Notes: generated by a model not told the origin, from the sequence alone. A DNA stretch of 64,000 nt from Antedon mediterranea (GCF_964355755.1 NC_092679.1:17653432-17717431), one strand, 5' to 3'; numbered from the stretch's first letter, positions 13,007-26,660 are shown. Numbers and translations: made by a program.

Positions 13007-14858
13007 GGTGATGTATGTAGGCCTAATCTGAAGATAAAAGTATTAGCAATAATCGTAACATATTATTTACCATTATAATTGATAATAATTTAGACTTATA
13101 TAAGCGCATTATGCTAAAGCCTCAATGCGCCAATAAAAACAAAAGTGCAAGAAAATTAAGAAAAACATAGTTAATGATAAGAGATAGACTTACCGTATAT
13201 AACTCCTTTACATCTACAAGATTTTGTGAAATAAGGAGAATGATATTTTACACAGAGTTTATATTACTTATTTTGTAGGTCTTGTCCAATAAGATAGTTG
13301 AAATCAAAACTATGCGTAGATTATAGACAAGTAACAAATTGTGGTTTTTTTGTAAAATGTATTTTTAACCGGGAATGAATGTTTGTAAAAAGGCCGTAAA
13401 TGTGAGGAAAACAGTAGCAAATCAAATCAAATTTACTATCAATCATTTACCAGAGCATACAGGTTTACATTATGTAATCAAATACTATTTATAACTATAT
13501 ATATAGGCCTCTATATCAAAAACGTCGTCGACGGAAAAATTGTTTAGTTGAATGTTTTCTCAATTTTCCAATTGTTGGAAAAAATAAATAATAAAGTTTA
13601 AGAAAATAAAAATGATGAAATATTAATATATAGCCTATGAGGATAAAATCGAATGCCTTGTTGAATTTTTGTAACAATTCTGACTTATCTGACTTAAAAA
13701 TATATATACATAATTCAGACTGTTCATACTGTACATACTATAGGCCTACAGTTCTGCTTTGATATCTTTTTATGATTTCTCCTCTATTATTTGTTAACAA
13801 GATCATCTGATTGAACACAGCCACTTTATATATGACTACATTATTCAAGAAAAACCGAGATAAATCGTTGGAGGAAATTGTATCATCTGTAAAATATTCA
13901 TCGAAATAAAAGTAACTCAACACTCAAATTCAACGAAATCTTAGCAAATAATAATAAACTCATTTAAGAAAGTACTTTAATATCATCGCTATAACATATT
14001 TGCCGATAGAAACATAAGTTAGTTATTGCTAAATAAGTATTAATATTATTAAATAGAATTAACCATGATAACATGTAGGCATATATCAGATATATTGTAA
14101 ATGTCAGAAATAAGATATTGTAAGCAAAGTTCAATCGCGTCTGACAGGTTAGTGACCTTTCAGAATGGAGACAATCTCCAGACACCGAGCCTTGCGAGAA
14201 TTGATTTAATGTATTTGGTGAACATAATTTACTTTTATAAAACAACGAACTTAAGAATCATATTTATAAATCCGGAAAGTTTCAGAATTACAGTATACAT
14301 TTGTATTTTAAAGAACATTTTTTTTACTTTTTATATATCGAGACTTCAATTTAAACTAGATGTATCGAGGGAATGGTCTTCTAAATGCCTTATTGTTTAT
14401 ATATTTCAGTTGGAGAAACTAAAGGCATATCGAGGGACAAAAATAATGTATATTTTCATTGAGGGCAGTATTATTATAAATGAGGGATTGTTCGAATTTT
14501 TCCTGAAGACCTCATTGTGTACATTTTAAGTAAAGACAAATCGTACACAATTAATGTATCGAGTGTTGTTTTTCATTTATAGGACTCCGTTAAATTTCGC
14601 TAAGGGCAGCAACATCCAAAACTTGTTAGTGGTCTTTATGAATTTGTAATGCAAGTGTTTGCAAGATTTAAGTTATTAATATAGAATTGATTGTTTTTTA
14701 TTATTTACCAATTGCTGTTAAGCCTGTAGGTATAATATTAAAGTTGTTAATTGAATATATTACGCTTAATTTGGATTTTAAGTCAAAAATACAGTTTTTA
14801 TTGACAACTTTTACTCTTAATCAGTTCTTAACTTTCCACACTATCAAACTTTATCTGA

Positions 14859-15648
14859 AACAAGGCCAACAGCCATTAAGTCGCGTGCTACAATGCATAG
14901 TGATACCGGACCGACCGACAGACCGACAGACAGACCGACAGACAGACAGACAGACCGACCGACCGACATAGTGAACTATACTGACCGAAATTACTGAACA
15001 TGTTTAAAAATGTTGAAATGTTTAAAAACATTTATATTTTTTTAATTTACACGTGCGTAGCCTGTCACTTTTGACGTGCTCGTATAACGTAATTTCGAGT
15101 TGAAAAGTAAGTCAAGAAAACAGAAATCGGGAAAAAAGAGTGCGCAATAACATTTAACGCGCAGTGCGCGCGCAAAAATATGCGCACTCATGGCAATTTT
15201 GTAAACGCTTAAAATTGCCTGAAACGTACTCTTATTTCATCGAAAATAAATTTTGAAAATTTTAAGCGCGCGTACGCATGCGTTACATGCGCTACGCACG
15301 TAATTGTATTGCCATATGATGATTTATGCCCTGAAATTTATGAGTACCAAATTTTATTTAATTGTGATTCATGGTTGTGAAGATATGATTACAAACGTGA
15401 TTTCGTTAAATCGTGCGTAGACCGCGTAATTTTTTATTGCGCACCGTGAAAACATAACCACATTGATTCCTGGGCATAAGGAATATACTGTGAAAAATTT
15501 ACCTAGCTAGATTAAACTGATATCAAGATAAGGTCAGAAAGCGATAAAACGCATAGTGATACCGGACCGACAGACCGAAAGACAGACAGACAGACCGACC
15601 AACCGACCGACATAGTGAACTATAGAGTTGCTTCCACGCGACTAAAAA
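14859..15648 (-). mobile_element. Helentron-associated non-autonomous element (HINE/DINE-1-like), copy 1
   Basis: Sub-terminal IRs agtcgcgtg/cacgcgact, (GACA/GACC)n microsatellites and T-rich ends; near-identical inverted copy at 30215-30950. Confidence 0.7.
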
Positions 15649-15864
15649 TGTGATGTGCCCATATATGGATGTCATACCATATTTTAGCACATCATACTTT
15701 TTTATCGAAATAGTCTAATAGTAGACAGAGCTTTCTGAAAATGTATTGTGTTTTCAGAAAAAACTGAATCACTATTACAAATATAATATCACATTACAAT
15801 GAGAAATCTCTTGGCTGTCTCATCCACGAGTTCTGTGTACTCAGGGTAGTACCATATTTAAGGA

Positions 15865-16165
15865 TATCACTACCATATTTCAGCATATCACTATACCATA
15901 TTTAAGCACATTACTGCCATATTTAAGCACATCACTGCCACATTTAAGCATATACTGCCATATTTAAACATATCACTACCATATTTAAGCATATCACTAC
16001 CAAATTTAAGCATATCACTATACCATATTTAAGCACATTACTGCCATATTTAAGCACATCACTGCCACATTTAAGCATATACTGCCATATTTAAACATAT
16101 CACTACCATATTTAAGCATATCACTACCAAATTTAAGCATATCACTACCAAATTTGGACACATTA
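15865..16165. repeat. ~21-23-bp tandem repeat (accatatttaagcatatcact) expanded from the interior of MITE family 1
   Basis: About 14 degenerate units; the same motif occurs once inside the MITE at 54774-54937. Confidence 0.8.
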
Positions 16166-17023
16166 CACTTGTTTTTGTCAAACCGACAGACAGAGCTTTA
16201 TTATTATTATTATTATTTCATACAACAATGTTTATGAGTTGAGAACAATCAACTTTAACTCTGCATTATTAGTAGCAATTATATAATTTTATATAATAAA
16301 ACTACAAGTTCGACAAAAAAAATGTTAGGCCTATAAGAAAAAAATGTATAATTTTGATTTGAAAAGAATCTGAAGGGAATATTTTTTTTTTTATAAAAGG
16401 AAAATTAGCATTTGTTATAGGCCGAACTTTTTAAATTAATTAAAAGTATAAAATATTTAAAACGGAAGCGTTACGAAAATGTAAAAGAGTCTTTCTACTT
16501 TATCATTCATTCTGTATCATCATTAAATAATAAAAAAAAAACATTATTTGCTTTAATAAGTAACCACCATTTCGCTCAGTATTGATAACAGTATGCATAA
16601 TAAATTATATAATTTTTGAATAAATACATTTCACAATAATTAATAAGAGAGTTTCTCCGACTTAAGAGTATATTTATAAATGTACAAGTAGCCTACAAGA
16701 TAACTGCCCAGTGCTAAGTATTTTCTCAAAACTGTCTTCTGTACCAAATTTATTAAGACTTTGTTTTATGAAACAAGATTTTAACTTGTGTTTTACCACA
16801 GAAGAAGATCTCTGTGCTCGATTCTTCTTATTGTATCTTAATTCAGTGTTCTGACAAATTATCCGTGACTCCAACATCACATAAAACAGTAACACAGGTT
16901 ATAAAGGTTATAGATAGGCCCTACGTGTCACACTATTAATATGGATTTGAAAATATGCTATTTACATAATATGACACGATACACTAGAAGAATCGACTAA
17001 AACGCAGTTTTCTCTTTGTATTA

Positions 17024-17299
17024 TTAATGATCGTATTGTGGCATTAAAAAGAAATGCGTTTTGAACTTGTTGTCTGCTGTAGAAGAAGAAGCACGACCGT
17101 CCTTCGTGATACTAAGATACCGACCACTTTTTGTGTTTCCATCGTATGACTGTCTCATAAGCCCTTCTGGTTCACTCCGAATGTTATAGAGTTTGAATTG
17201 GATTAGTGACTGCAAGGACACAAAACACGACCCGGATTTAAACTGTTCTCGCCACAGAATGTCAAAGTTTTGTCGACAAAGAAGCATTGTCTGAGTATT
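17024..17299 (-). CDS. FGF-like paralogue B, coding exon 3
   Basis: Acceptor tttCAG|; NTQTMLLCRQNFDILWREQFKSGSCFVSLQSL...GRYLSITKDGRASSSTADNKFKTHFFLMPQYDH*; aligns to FGF beta8-beta12 (cf. FGF9 FREQF...YYVALNKDG...THFLP). Confidence 0.9.
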   Translation of the reverse strand, partial: NTQTMLLCRQNFDILWREQFKSGSCFVSLQSLIQFKLYNIRSEPEGLMRQSYDGNTKSGRYLSITKDGRASSSTADNKFKTHFFLMPQYDH

Positions 17300-17943
17300 C
17301 TGAAATGTAATTAAGTTAGAAATTTAATACACTAGATAGTGGTAAAGTGGCCACTATTATGAAGAGTGAGAATCACTCTAGAAAAAGAGTGAATGTATTT
17401 CACGCTAAGGATTGAGAAAATAGTGAATTCCTTTCACTGTTTTCTAGATTGACAAACTCTTTAAGAGTTTTCCTTAATAACACTTCTCAATCAAGTGAGC
17501 AACATGGATTGCTACTCTTTTGTGTTAAAAAGTAATATTTTGTGACGATTCTCGGTTGTTTCGAACTGTATTTAATTATTATATGAATCTGTACGATTCC
17601 TATTCTTTTTACTCGCGAGTGTTAAAGCGCTGACTGTTTCTCCCACAAACATTAATGATTTAAATAAGCTATTGAGGGCGCTATCTATTATTATGAAGAC
17701 CGTAACTGAAACAAACATCCACAACGTACCTCTGATCACCGTAATGTACCGTAATGTATTGTAATGTATTGTGCATAAATTCATATTTGTCAAAATTACA
17801 TACAAATAGTATAATAATAGAAATGCCATTTTCTCTCAGGCCTACATTATAACAATTATTAAATTCGGGTTTTTTTTATGAAACATTGTGTTGTATCTTT
17901 CGATAAAAAATGTAGCTCTTTAAAAATAACGAAAATAACTTAC

Positions 17944-18050
17944 ATTTCTGGCCGAAACTTTCCCGGTTTCATCCATCGATAAATAAAGACCCGACTCACT
18001 CCCTTTGATAACAACTAAGCTAGGGCCCACGGCAAACGTTTTCACTTTTA
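17944..18050 (-). CDS. FGF-like paralogue B, coding exon 2
   Basis: 107 nt, ttAG| to |GTaagt; (V)KVKTFAVGPSLVVIKGSESGLYLSMDETGKVSARN. Confidence 0.92.
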
Positions 18051-18418
18051 CTAACAAGAAAATAATATTGTTTAGGCTAACTTTGGTTTTTCACCACAAA
18101 GTCGGAACTCTGACCCAACTCATTTCAGAGTCAAAAAGATACATCATCATAACTGTCACAAAGTGTATCGGTTGATGACAACATGTCTATGTCGACATTG
18201 CCTTAAAATATTTATATATTTATTTCTTATGTTTATTCATGGAGAAATAAGTTTTCTCCATGGTTTATTATACTGTTTAAACTGTTTTATTGTGTATATT
18301 ATAGTCATAGACCAGCATTCGTATTTCATTACATGTACAACCATTTCAATATATAAAGTATGTTTGATTTATAATGACAACTAGAGAAATTATGATGATA
18401 AAGATGTATTCATTGTGG

Positions 18419-18733
18419 TAAAGATATATTGTCCCTGAAAATTTTTTAATGCCATTTTAAGGTAAAATAATAGAATATTCACTTCGACCAAAAATTGGAT
18501 TGAAAAAAAAAGTTATTTACCTGAAAAAAAAACCACTGTAATTTAAACAAAATATAGTCAATAGTTAATGGGTATTTGGTTGAATTTACCCGTTTATTTT
18601 TTCTTTTTATAATTTTAGGGGTTTTTTTTCTACGGAACTTATGAACTTGATTAAAACTGCGAAACAGCCTATTCAAAGTTTCTTTTTTATTCAAATTTAT
18701 TTGTCATGTTTTTGAAGGACAATTCACCTTTAA
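18419..18733. mobile_element. MITE family 2 copy in FGF-B intron 1
   Basis: aaagatatattgtccc ... ggacaattcaccttta; interior homologous to 12684-13006 (reverse orientation). Confidence 0.7.
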
Positions 18734-19248
18734 GTTTAAGTTGTATTAATTATTACATTATTTAAATGCACCAAAAAAGGCAAACAAATAGAGACAAGCC
18801 AAATCAAAATCATCATTGTTTTTGCAAAATTCTACTATTCTTACTAATTAGTTTATTCTTACAAGAAGTAAACCGCCGAGTTTACACAACATTGTTTTAG
18901 GAATTGTAACCATGGGACGTTTAATGTCGGAGCATTTATAATTAACAATGTTGCGAAAACTACTGTCAATCTACTTGGTGAAGCAAGGAATCTAGAGTTG
19001 AAATTTGTTTGTTGTTGAAAGATTAGAAATTAAAACATTAGGAGGAAGGACAGTTGATCTGAAATCTTTATCATTAATTGGAATAATAGAAATGTATTTC
19101 TTTTGTTATTTTGACATAGAAGATCTGCTAAAACAATAAATAATGTTAATGTTTACGATAACTTAGAAATGAGGTTATTCGGTCCAATAGTTTATAAACG
19201 TGATTGATTGATATTGATTGATATTGATTGATATTGATTTATACAAAC

Positions 19249-19555
19249 CATATTTGTCTTTACAGTTACTTGTACCATGTGTACGTCCGTTTGGTCCAAT
19301 TCGAAGAAAGAACCCCGTTCTTGATAAAACATGTTGTAAGACGTCATAGCGATCATCTTCTAGATGAACATCTTCAGTAGATGAGTATGTTTTCTTATCT
19401 GGTGACACTCCATCGTTTATGTAACGGTAGTCAAAAGATTGGTTATTGACACCAGTCTCTTCGATTGTCTGTTTCATGGCAGACGACAATGTTGATGACA
19501 AATAGTGTGAAACAAACAATGAAATACATATCTGCAGTAACACATGCATCTTCAT
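19249..19555 (-). CDS. FGF-like paralogue B, coding exon 1 (spliced protein 229 aa, secreted)
   Basis: MKMHVLLQICISLFVSHYLSS signal-like N-terminus; HVLSRTGFFLRIGPNGRTHGTSNCKDKY; phase-1 donor G|GTTTGT. Exons of 307+107+276 nt splice in frame. Confidence 0.92.
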
Positions 19556-20209
19556 AGATGATTGTATATGGTGACCTAAAAAGCGTAAAAAGTGAGTAAT
19601 TGAAAAATAAAGTAAAATAAAACCGTAGTTGGGCTGCGGCTATTGCATCAAGTAAAATATCTTTTCCATCGGAAAAAAAATGTCAATTGGATCAAGATTT
19701 AGAATTTGTTTAGACCAGGGAAGATTTAAACTAAAAAGTAGGTTAATTTCTTCCAATCTAACTATCAAAGATTATTTCCCACCCAAAACTGAAGATTACT
19801 TAAATCAGACTTTGATGTTATTTTGTTTAAATAATAATAATTTTAATAAACTTAATCACTTTCATAGAAAAAAAACAAAACAAAAATGTTTTCACTAATA
19901 CAAAATAAATAGTTCAATTCCACCAAAAACCCATTGGTTGGCAGCCAATTTGACAATTTTTTGCTATAATTACAGGTTTTTAGGTAAATAGATTTTTTTG
20001 TCAAAGTATTTTATTATTTTTTCAGGGGTACAATACATCTTTAAAGAGAAGACTCAAACCGAAAACCCCCAATGTTCTCGTTTAAAGTTCTATAGCAGAT
20101 TATAGTTAAAAGAAGGCGAACTGATGATCTTTTTGTTCTTTCATTCTTTCATTAAAAATAATACATGAAATTATAATACATTAATATAAAAAAAAATATT
20201 TACACTTAC

Positions 20210-20308
20210 CGATTTCGTCAGTTGGTGAACAATATTAATAATTCTTGTTGTACGACCGTTGTGCACCAACCTTTAGTGACATGTAAAACATATAAACTAA
20301 ATATATAT
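20210..20308 (-). promoter_or_regulatory. Putative non-coding first exon and TATA region of FGF-B
   Basis: Strong donor CG|GTAAGT at 20209, acceptor ttttAG| at 19576 just before the ATG, and a TATA-like run at ~20300. Confidence 0.35.
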
Positions 20309-21598
20309 TGCAGTAACATTTTATTACCATCACCAGGCGCTTTATCATAACTAGAATACAACACACGTGCACGTTCCCAGGAACAGTTGTGATGGAGCTG
20401 TATAATTATTTGTAAATATGCCTGTATAAAGGTATGGACAGCAGCGTAAAGCGTGGTTCCCACTAGCGACGCAACGCAAGGACGTAACGCAATGCAAGTG
20501 AATTGACCAATCACAAGCGATGACTTATTCGCTTGTGATTGCTAACTGTGATTAACAACAATGTGTTGTATTGCACAATAGTGCTGCAAACATCGCAGGT
20601 ATGATTTTCACGTAGGCGGGGGCAAACACAACTATCGATCGTTAAACAGTGCGTATTATAACACCTAAATACATTCCTGTTATTTGATTGGACGAATGTG
20701 GATCACATGGCGTGCAATAGTACGCACTATTAAACGATCGTTTAATAGTACCTTTTTTCTGTGTACGAAAAAAAAATCTTTTCGCATTTGGAAAATATTT
20801 TGTATTATACTACTACCTAATAAAGTCACTTATTTTTTATTTTCGCCGTTATTTGAATGTTATGACTGGTTTTTCGCGATTGAAATACATTTCTGGAGAG
20901 ATATATGTATTAATTTAGATCAAAAAAGCATTTAAAATAGCTTTAGATCGTTTGTATGATTTTAATTAATGGAAACTTGCATTAATTTGTATACTATTAC
21001 ACACCATTTGACCCACAATTGTCCAATCAAATGACAGGAATTCATTGAGGTGTTATAAAACGAAATAACCAACATTTATACGAAATAATAAAATAAATTG
21101 GGATATTCTTTGGTATGTCTAATAAAGTAGAATATAAAATTAATATTAATTTATGATAATATTATTATGAGTGGCTAAATAAGTTACTATATCAATATCA
21201 TTGGCGATCGATCCGCTCAAATGTCAGATTACCGTAAATCCTTGTTTGTCATGATGAACTTTGGGTATATTAACAAAAAACTTTTGTTTTTATATTAGAT
21301 TAATCCCAAACCATTAAAAAATACTATAGATGTTATAAAATTTAATTGATGAAATTAAATGTTATTTTCCATTGTTTTTATTCATTTATTACAAACGAAA
21401 ACTCACGAAACCGTGTCGATATTAAAATATTGTCTAATGATATTTTATTGATAGAAATCATATTCATTTACACAGTCTGGAATGTATAAATGGAATTAAT
21501 GTCTTAATGTGCGTTGCCAAGATAGAAACTCGTAACAGTGTTTTGATCTAATGTCTAGCAGAGTACTGTGTACATTCTCCGCGGCGCGCAGTGTCTGT

Positions 21599-22422
21599 TA
21601 AAGTGTGGTTTCCACTAGAACGCAACGCAACGACGTATCGACGCGACGCAAAGTGCTGTATTTCGTAATCACAAGTGGGAACCGACGATGCAACAGTGCT
21701 GCAAATATCGCAGGTTGGATTTCACGCAGGCGGGGGCAAACACAATTATTGGAAGGGCATTTTCTTACGTTGCGTAGATTGCGATACGTTTCGTCGCAAG
21801 TGGAAACCACGCTAAGGGGCGTGGAGCTGATCGTGTCGCAGCCACTGATAAAGCGTGGTTCCCACTAGCGACGCAACACAAGGACTTAACGCAACGCAAG
21901 TGAATTGACCAATCACAAGCGATGGCTTATTCGCTTGTGATTGCTAACTGTCTATAACTTCGCTTGTCATTGGTTAAAACGCTTGCGTTGCGTTTACGTC
22001 CTTGCGTTACGTTCTAGTGGGAACCAAGCTTAAACACTTTGGTCTCCGGAGTTAGGCATCATGTTGTTATGATTGACTTGCTCTCACCATAGACAGAACC
22101 AACTCAATGATTTCCTATCCCATCCACTGAACTAATAATATCTATACTGTCAATATCATGAAGGAAGTAACAGAAGTGGTGCTTTCCATTTTTTCGAGCT
22201 TTTTGCTCAAGCTTCATTCCCACTAGCGACGCAACGCAACCTACGCAACGTAAGAAAATTCCCTTCCAATAATTGTGTTTGCCCCGCCCCCGCCTGCATT
22301 AAATCAAACCTGTGATGTTTCCAGCACTGTTGCATCGTTGGTTCCCGCTTGTGATTACGCAATACAGCACTTTGCTTCGATACGTCGCTGCGTTACGTTA
22401 CGTTTCGTTCCGTTTGTAGCCA
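21599..22422. mobile_element. Cluster of MITE family 3 copies (TIR aagc(g/t)tggttcccactag; ~185-215 bp palindromic): 21599-21813, 21850-22032, 22218-22422
   Basis: Long imperfect palindromes with CGCAA repeats, mostly TA-flanked; further copies at 20448-20630, 23167-23312, 25614-25796, 44570-44668, 60716-61061, 61941-62123 and 62263-62454. Confidence 0.85.
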
Positions 22423-24319
22423 CCATATACAAGATACAAGATGTTTTTATTGTCACTTTTGGAAGAAAACAAAAACTGACGCTAAAAGAAGTACCGCAAT
22501 ACCAATGTATACAGATATAATAAAATTATACAGAAATAAAGCATGGCGTATGTACAGGCAATCATGGGCCAAAGTTAAATATACAACAACCAGCAACATT
22601 ATCGTTCACAGTATTTTTATTAGTGTTTTTGAAACTGTAGAAAACTTAATAGAAATTTATAGAGTGAACTTACGCCCTGGATTAAGTAGTAAAATGTTAT
22701 TTACATTACAAAACAGTTGATTACTATATCTATGGTAGAACATTTATTGCGTTAGACCCACATTATTCACCCGATACTAAACAGTCCTAACTCTATAGAC
22801 AAAAGACAATAGAAAAGTTTCATGGGTTGTGTCGCATAGGCCTATCACATGTGTTTGCTGTTTATTGTCATAAGAGCTTAACTCTGTCACACGACAAGTA
22901 TGAGGTGAGACAGTTCTAGATAAATGTGCGTTTACACGTGGAAATCGGGTAAAGTTATCGGTATATTTTTTTGTTTATGCATCATGGTTGTGCAATCTGA
23001 AATCACACCACAGAGTAGGCGATAATTAGGCCTATTCAAGGACCAGGGGTACGTAGGCATAATTAGTCCGTGCCTACTTTTCTTTGAAGGCAGTATTCCG
23101 GATTTAGAAAAGCATATGAATAAGCATACCAACCATTATAGTATGATGGATGATGTCGATTTCATAAGCTTGGTTCCCACTACGACGCAACGTTAGTACA
23201 ACGCAACCAAGTTGACAAGCGACAGTTTGAATAATCCTCCGCTTATGATTGGTCAAATACTTGGGTTGCTCTTAACGCCCTTGCGTAGCGTCCTAGTGGG
23301 AACCAGGCTTTATGATATCGTGATTATGTAAGTATAGTGCAATGTTCGGTAGTTACATCTTGAAGAATGCTATAGTACCAGTAAGTACTACAGTTCATGA
23401 ATATTTTACTTTTTTTCAATATTATTAATAAAATAAACGTCAGTAACAAACGCATTTGTGTTAGGTCGTTCAACCTACTTTAAAAATCAAGCTTTCTGTG
23501 TTAATTTGCAACGTTTTGTCTTCCCAGTTAAAACCATTTCAAATCGTTATTCCATCATAAAAAAATAAACAAATGTATGTAAAACAAAGCCTGAAAAAAT
23601 ATTTATAACACAAGTAATTTGACCAATCAAAAGCGATGGATTATTGCGTGTACGCCGTTGCGTTGCTCAGTGGAAACCACGCTTTAAAGACAGAAACCGG
23701 TTATACGAAATCTTTAAGCGGTAGCGCGCGGTAGAGTTTTACAAATGAAATGTTGTCAAGTACATGCTAACATTATGTTTAATGTTATTTGAATATTTAA
23801 TTGTTTTCTGCAATTTCTTATAGTAAATAAAAGCCCAAAATCCCTGTTGATGCGTTGTTTCACAAAGAAAAAGTAGACCTACAATCATTTTTCAATCTGT
23901 AACTTGTCTCTGGTAGATAATTAACAATAAAGAACGCACCTCTTTCCTAAATAAGTGACACATACTCTCTTTAACCATTAACGTAGTCATTTTACCGTAT
24001 ACGGAGTTTTGGCGGAAATAAATAATGTTTCCTGATCAAAGTTGATGACAAATAATTCTAACATTTAGATAGTGTATTAATGGGTGTGACAACAGGGCCA
24101 TAGAAGGAAGTCACTCCGCGACAAGATTTCCTATTGTCATTTTACTAACTTCTTCCGCATTACGAAGTGTGACGTAGACGACCTAGTAATATTGATTATT
24201 GGAATTGTTCGAATATGATGTCACCGTACTTTACACCGTTACAGTACAGTACTTCGAACATCCGTCTCTTGTGGTCATAGGGGAATGATGTTAAAGGTCA
24301 TCTCGTCTTAGCCCTCCTC

Positions 24320-25165
24320 AGCATGACTGGGTCATGGGGAATGATATAGGCCTGACAGGACCTCCTCGTATTCCGTCCTTAACGTGACTGGGTCATGGGG
24401 GAATGATATAGGCCTAACAGGGCCTCCTTGTATTCCGTCCTAAACAACATGACTGGGTCATATGGGAATGATATAGGCCTCCTAACAGGGCCTCCTCCTA
24501 TTCCGTCCTCAACATGACTGGGTCATGGGGGAATGATAGGCATCCTCGTATTCCCTCCCCAATATGAATGGGTCATGGGGAAATGATGTAACAGGGCCTC
24601 CTCGTCTTAGGCCTCCTCCGCACGACTGAGTCATGGGGGAATGATGTAATAGGGCCTCTTCGTATTCCCTCCCCAACATGACTGGGTCATGCGGGAATTA
24701 ACAGAGCCTCACCTCGTATTCTCTCCTCAACACGACTGGGTCACAGAGGAATGATATAACAGGGCCTCCTTGACCTATGCGTTCTCTCAGCATGACTGGG
24801 TCACAGGAAATGATGTAGCATGGTCACCTCGTGTTAGACCTCTTCAGCGTGACTGAGTCACAGAGGAACGATGTAACAGAGCCTGCTCGTGTTAGGCCTC
24901 CTCAACATTATTAGGTCATCATTGGGGGAATGATGTAGCATGGTCACCTCGTGTTAAACCTCTTCAGCGTGATTGAGTCACAGAGGAACGATGTAACAGA
25001 GCCTACTCGTGTTAGGCCTCCTCAACATTATTAGGTCATGGGGGAATGATGTAGCATGGTCACCTCGTGTTAGAACTCTTCAGCGTGACTGAGTCACAGA
25101 GGAATGATGTAGCATGATCAACTCGTGTTAGGTCTCCTCCGCATGAGTGGGTCACAAAGGAAATG
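24320..25165. repeat. Degenerate ~55-60-bp minisatellite (catgactg(g/a)gtca...ggaatgat...ctcgt)
   Basis: About 14 diverged units; four contain TGAGTCA (24627, 24854, 24974, 25090). Confidence 0.85.
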
Positions 25166-25613
25166 GGGATGAATGATATAATTAACATGAACGTATTGAT
25201 GATGACGGTGTTCTGCTTATATATATTATTGTTTGGAAAATAACACTTTTCGAAAAAAAACAAGGAATTCACTCAAGACGAGACAATGAGCTCAACTATT
25301 TCCTAGAGGAAATAATTAAGAAGTAAAAATACATCATGATGGTTGATTCATAATTTTTGGTTTGAAAAAACAAACAAATATCGACTAAAATACACATGAT
25401 TTAGAATATATCCCTAAGGAGACAACATAATGTAAATACATTTAATTTCGTTTTTATTCCAATTGAAAGTTTATAATGATGTCATTTCCACGGTTATTCA
25501 GTATTTAAGCCGCGTTGGTATACAAGGAAAACAGTGACCACAGACCATCATATACATCACGACTTAAGCGCTTGAGGGTGACGCGAAGCCCGTAAAGGTG
25601 ACGCGAAGCCGGT

Positions 25614-25796
25614 AAAGCGTGGTTCCCACTAGAACGTAACGCAAGGACGTAAACGCAACGCAAGCGTTTTAACCAATGACAAGCGAAGTTATAGACAGTT
25701 AGCAATCACAAGCGAATAAGCCATCGCTTGTGATTGGTCAATTCATTTGCGTTGCGTTACGTCCTTGCGTTGCGTCGCTAGTGGGAACCACGCTTT
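25614..25796 (-). mobile_element. MITE family 3 copy inserted in a short gggtgacgcgaagccc repeat tract
   Basis: Reverse complement of 21850-22032, nearly identical; flanked by repeat units on both sides. Confidence 0.85.
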
Positions 25797-26367
25797 AGGG
25801 CGACGCAAAGCCTGTTGAGGGTGACGCGAAGCCCGTGTGTGGTGGGGGAAACCCGTGAGGGTGACAACACGAAGGTCGTACGAGTGACGCGAATGCCATG
25901 AGGATGCCAAGCCCAAGCTTTTACTGTCGTTATTCTGTGTTCTCAAGGCGAATTACTGTTTAATTAAAAAGAAAATATATTAAATCCTTATATGCCTTAC
26001 ATGAATTATACCATGGATCTAAGGTCCATGATTATACCTTTCAATGTTTATTTTTCTCTAATAGTACTTCATATTTATAATAATAATTATTACATAAGGT
26101 CGAAGAACAATGGATTATTCGCACCTGGTCGCAGGTATTGATGTACAATACGGTACTGTCTAACTTTCCGGATCGCATTATCCTGTTACAAGGTTTTGAC
26201 GTTTATTGTCACGTACATCATTGTTTTAAATTTTTATCTTCCAGCAGAATTTGGATTCTTTTTTGTTTTTCTTTTTTTTTTTTGCAATATCACTCACAAA
26301 GAATACGTTACAATTAAATGTAGACTCGCTATTTCAGTTGACGTAAATGTATGTTTGTTTTATCTTT

Positions 26368-26660
26368 ATACTGGGTGACCTCTTCAGTCAAAGACTGATC
26401 TCCCAGAGGGCCCAGTTGGTGATCAGTGGCTGTGATGTACTAATACACCGGGGTAACCCCCTACTCGTCTCGAAAGATGTACTAGGTTCTTTAAAGTGCA
26501 CACGAGCAAGTTGTGTACACTGGACCTACGGTTTATAGTCCTTATCCGAGAAGACTCGTTCTACCACCAGAACCATGGAGTGAGTGAGCCTCGAACCCCT
26601 GCCGATGTTATGGCTACGTGATTACGGTTCCACTGTCTTAACCGCTCGGCCACTCACCCA
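26368..26660 (-). mobile_element. tRNA-derived SINE with Deu-domain-like core
   Basis: Reverse-complement match to 43868-44155: A box TGGCCGAGCGG, B box GGTTCGAG, 'ggataaggactataaaccgtaggtcc'. Confidence 0.8.

Noticed and set aside
21598-21868. Short ORFs on both strands (also 25505-25946 and 60807-61049)
   Set aside because: They fall within palindromic MITE copies
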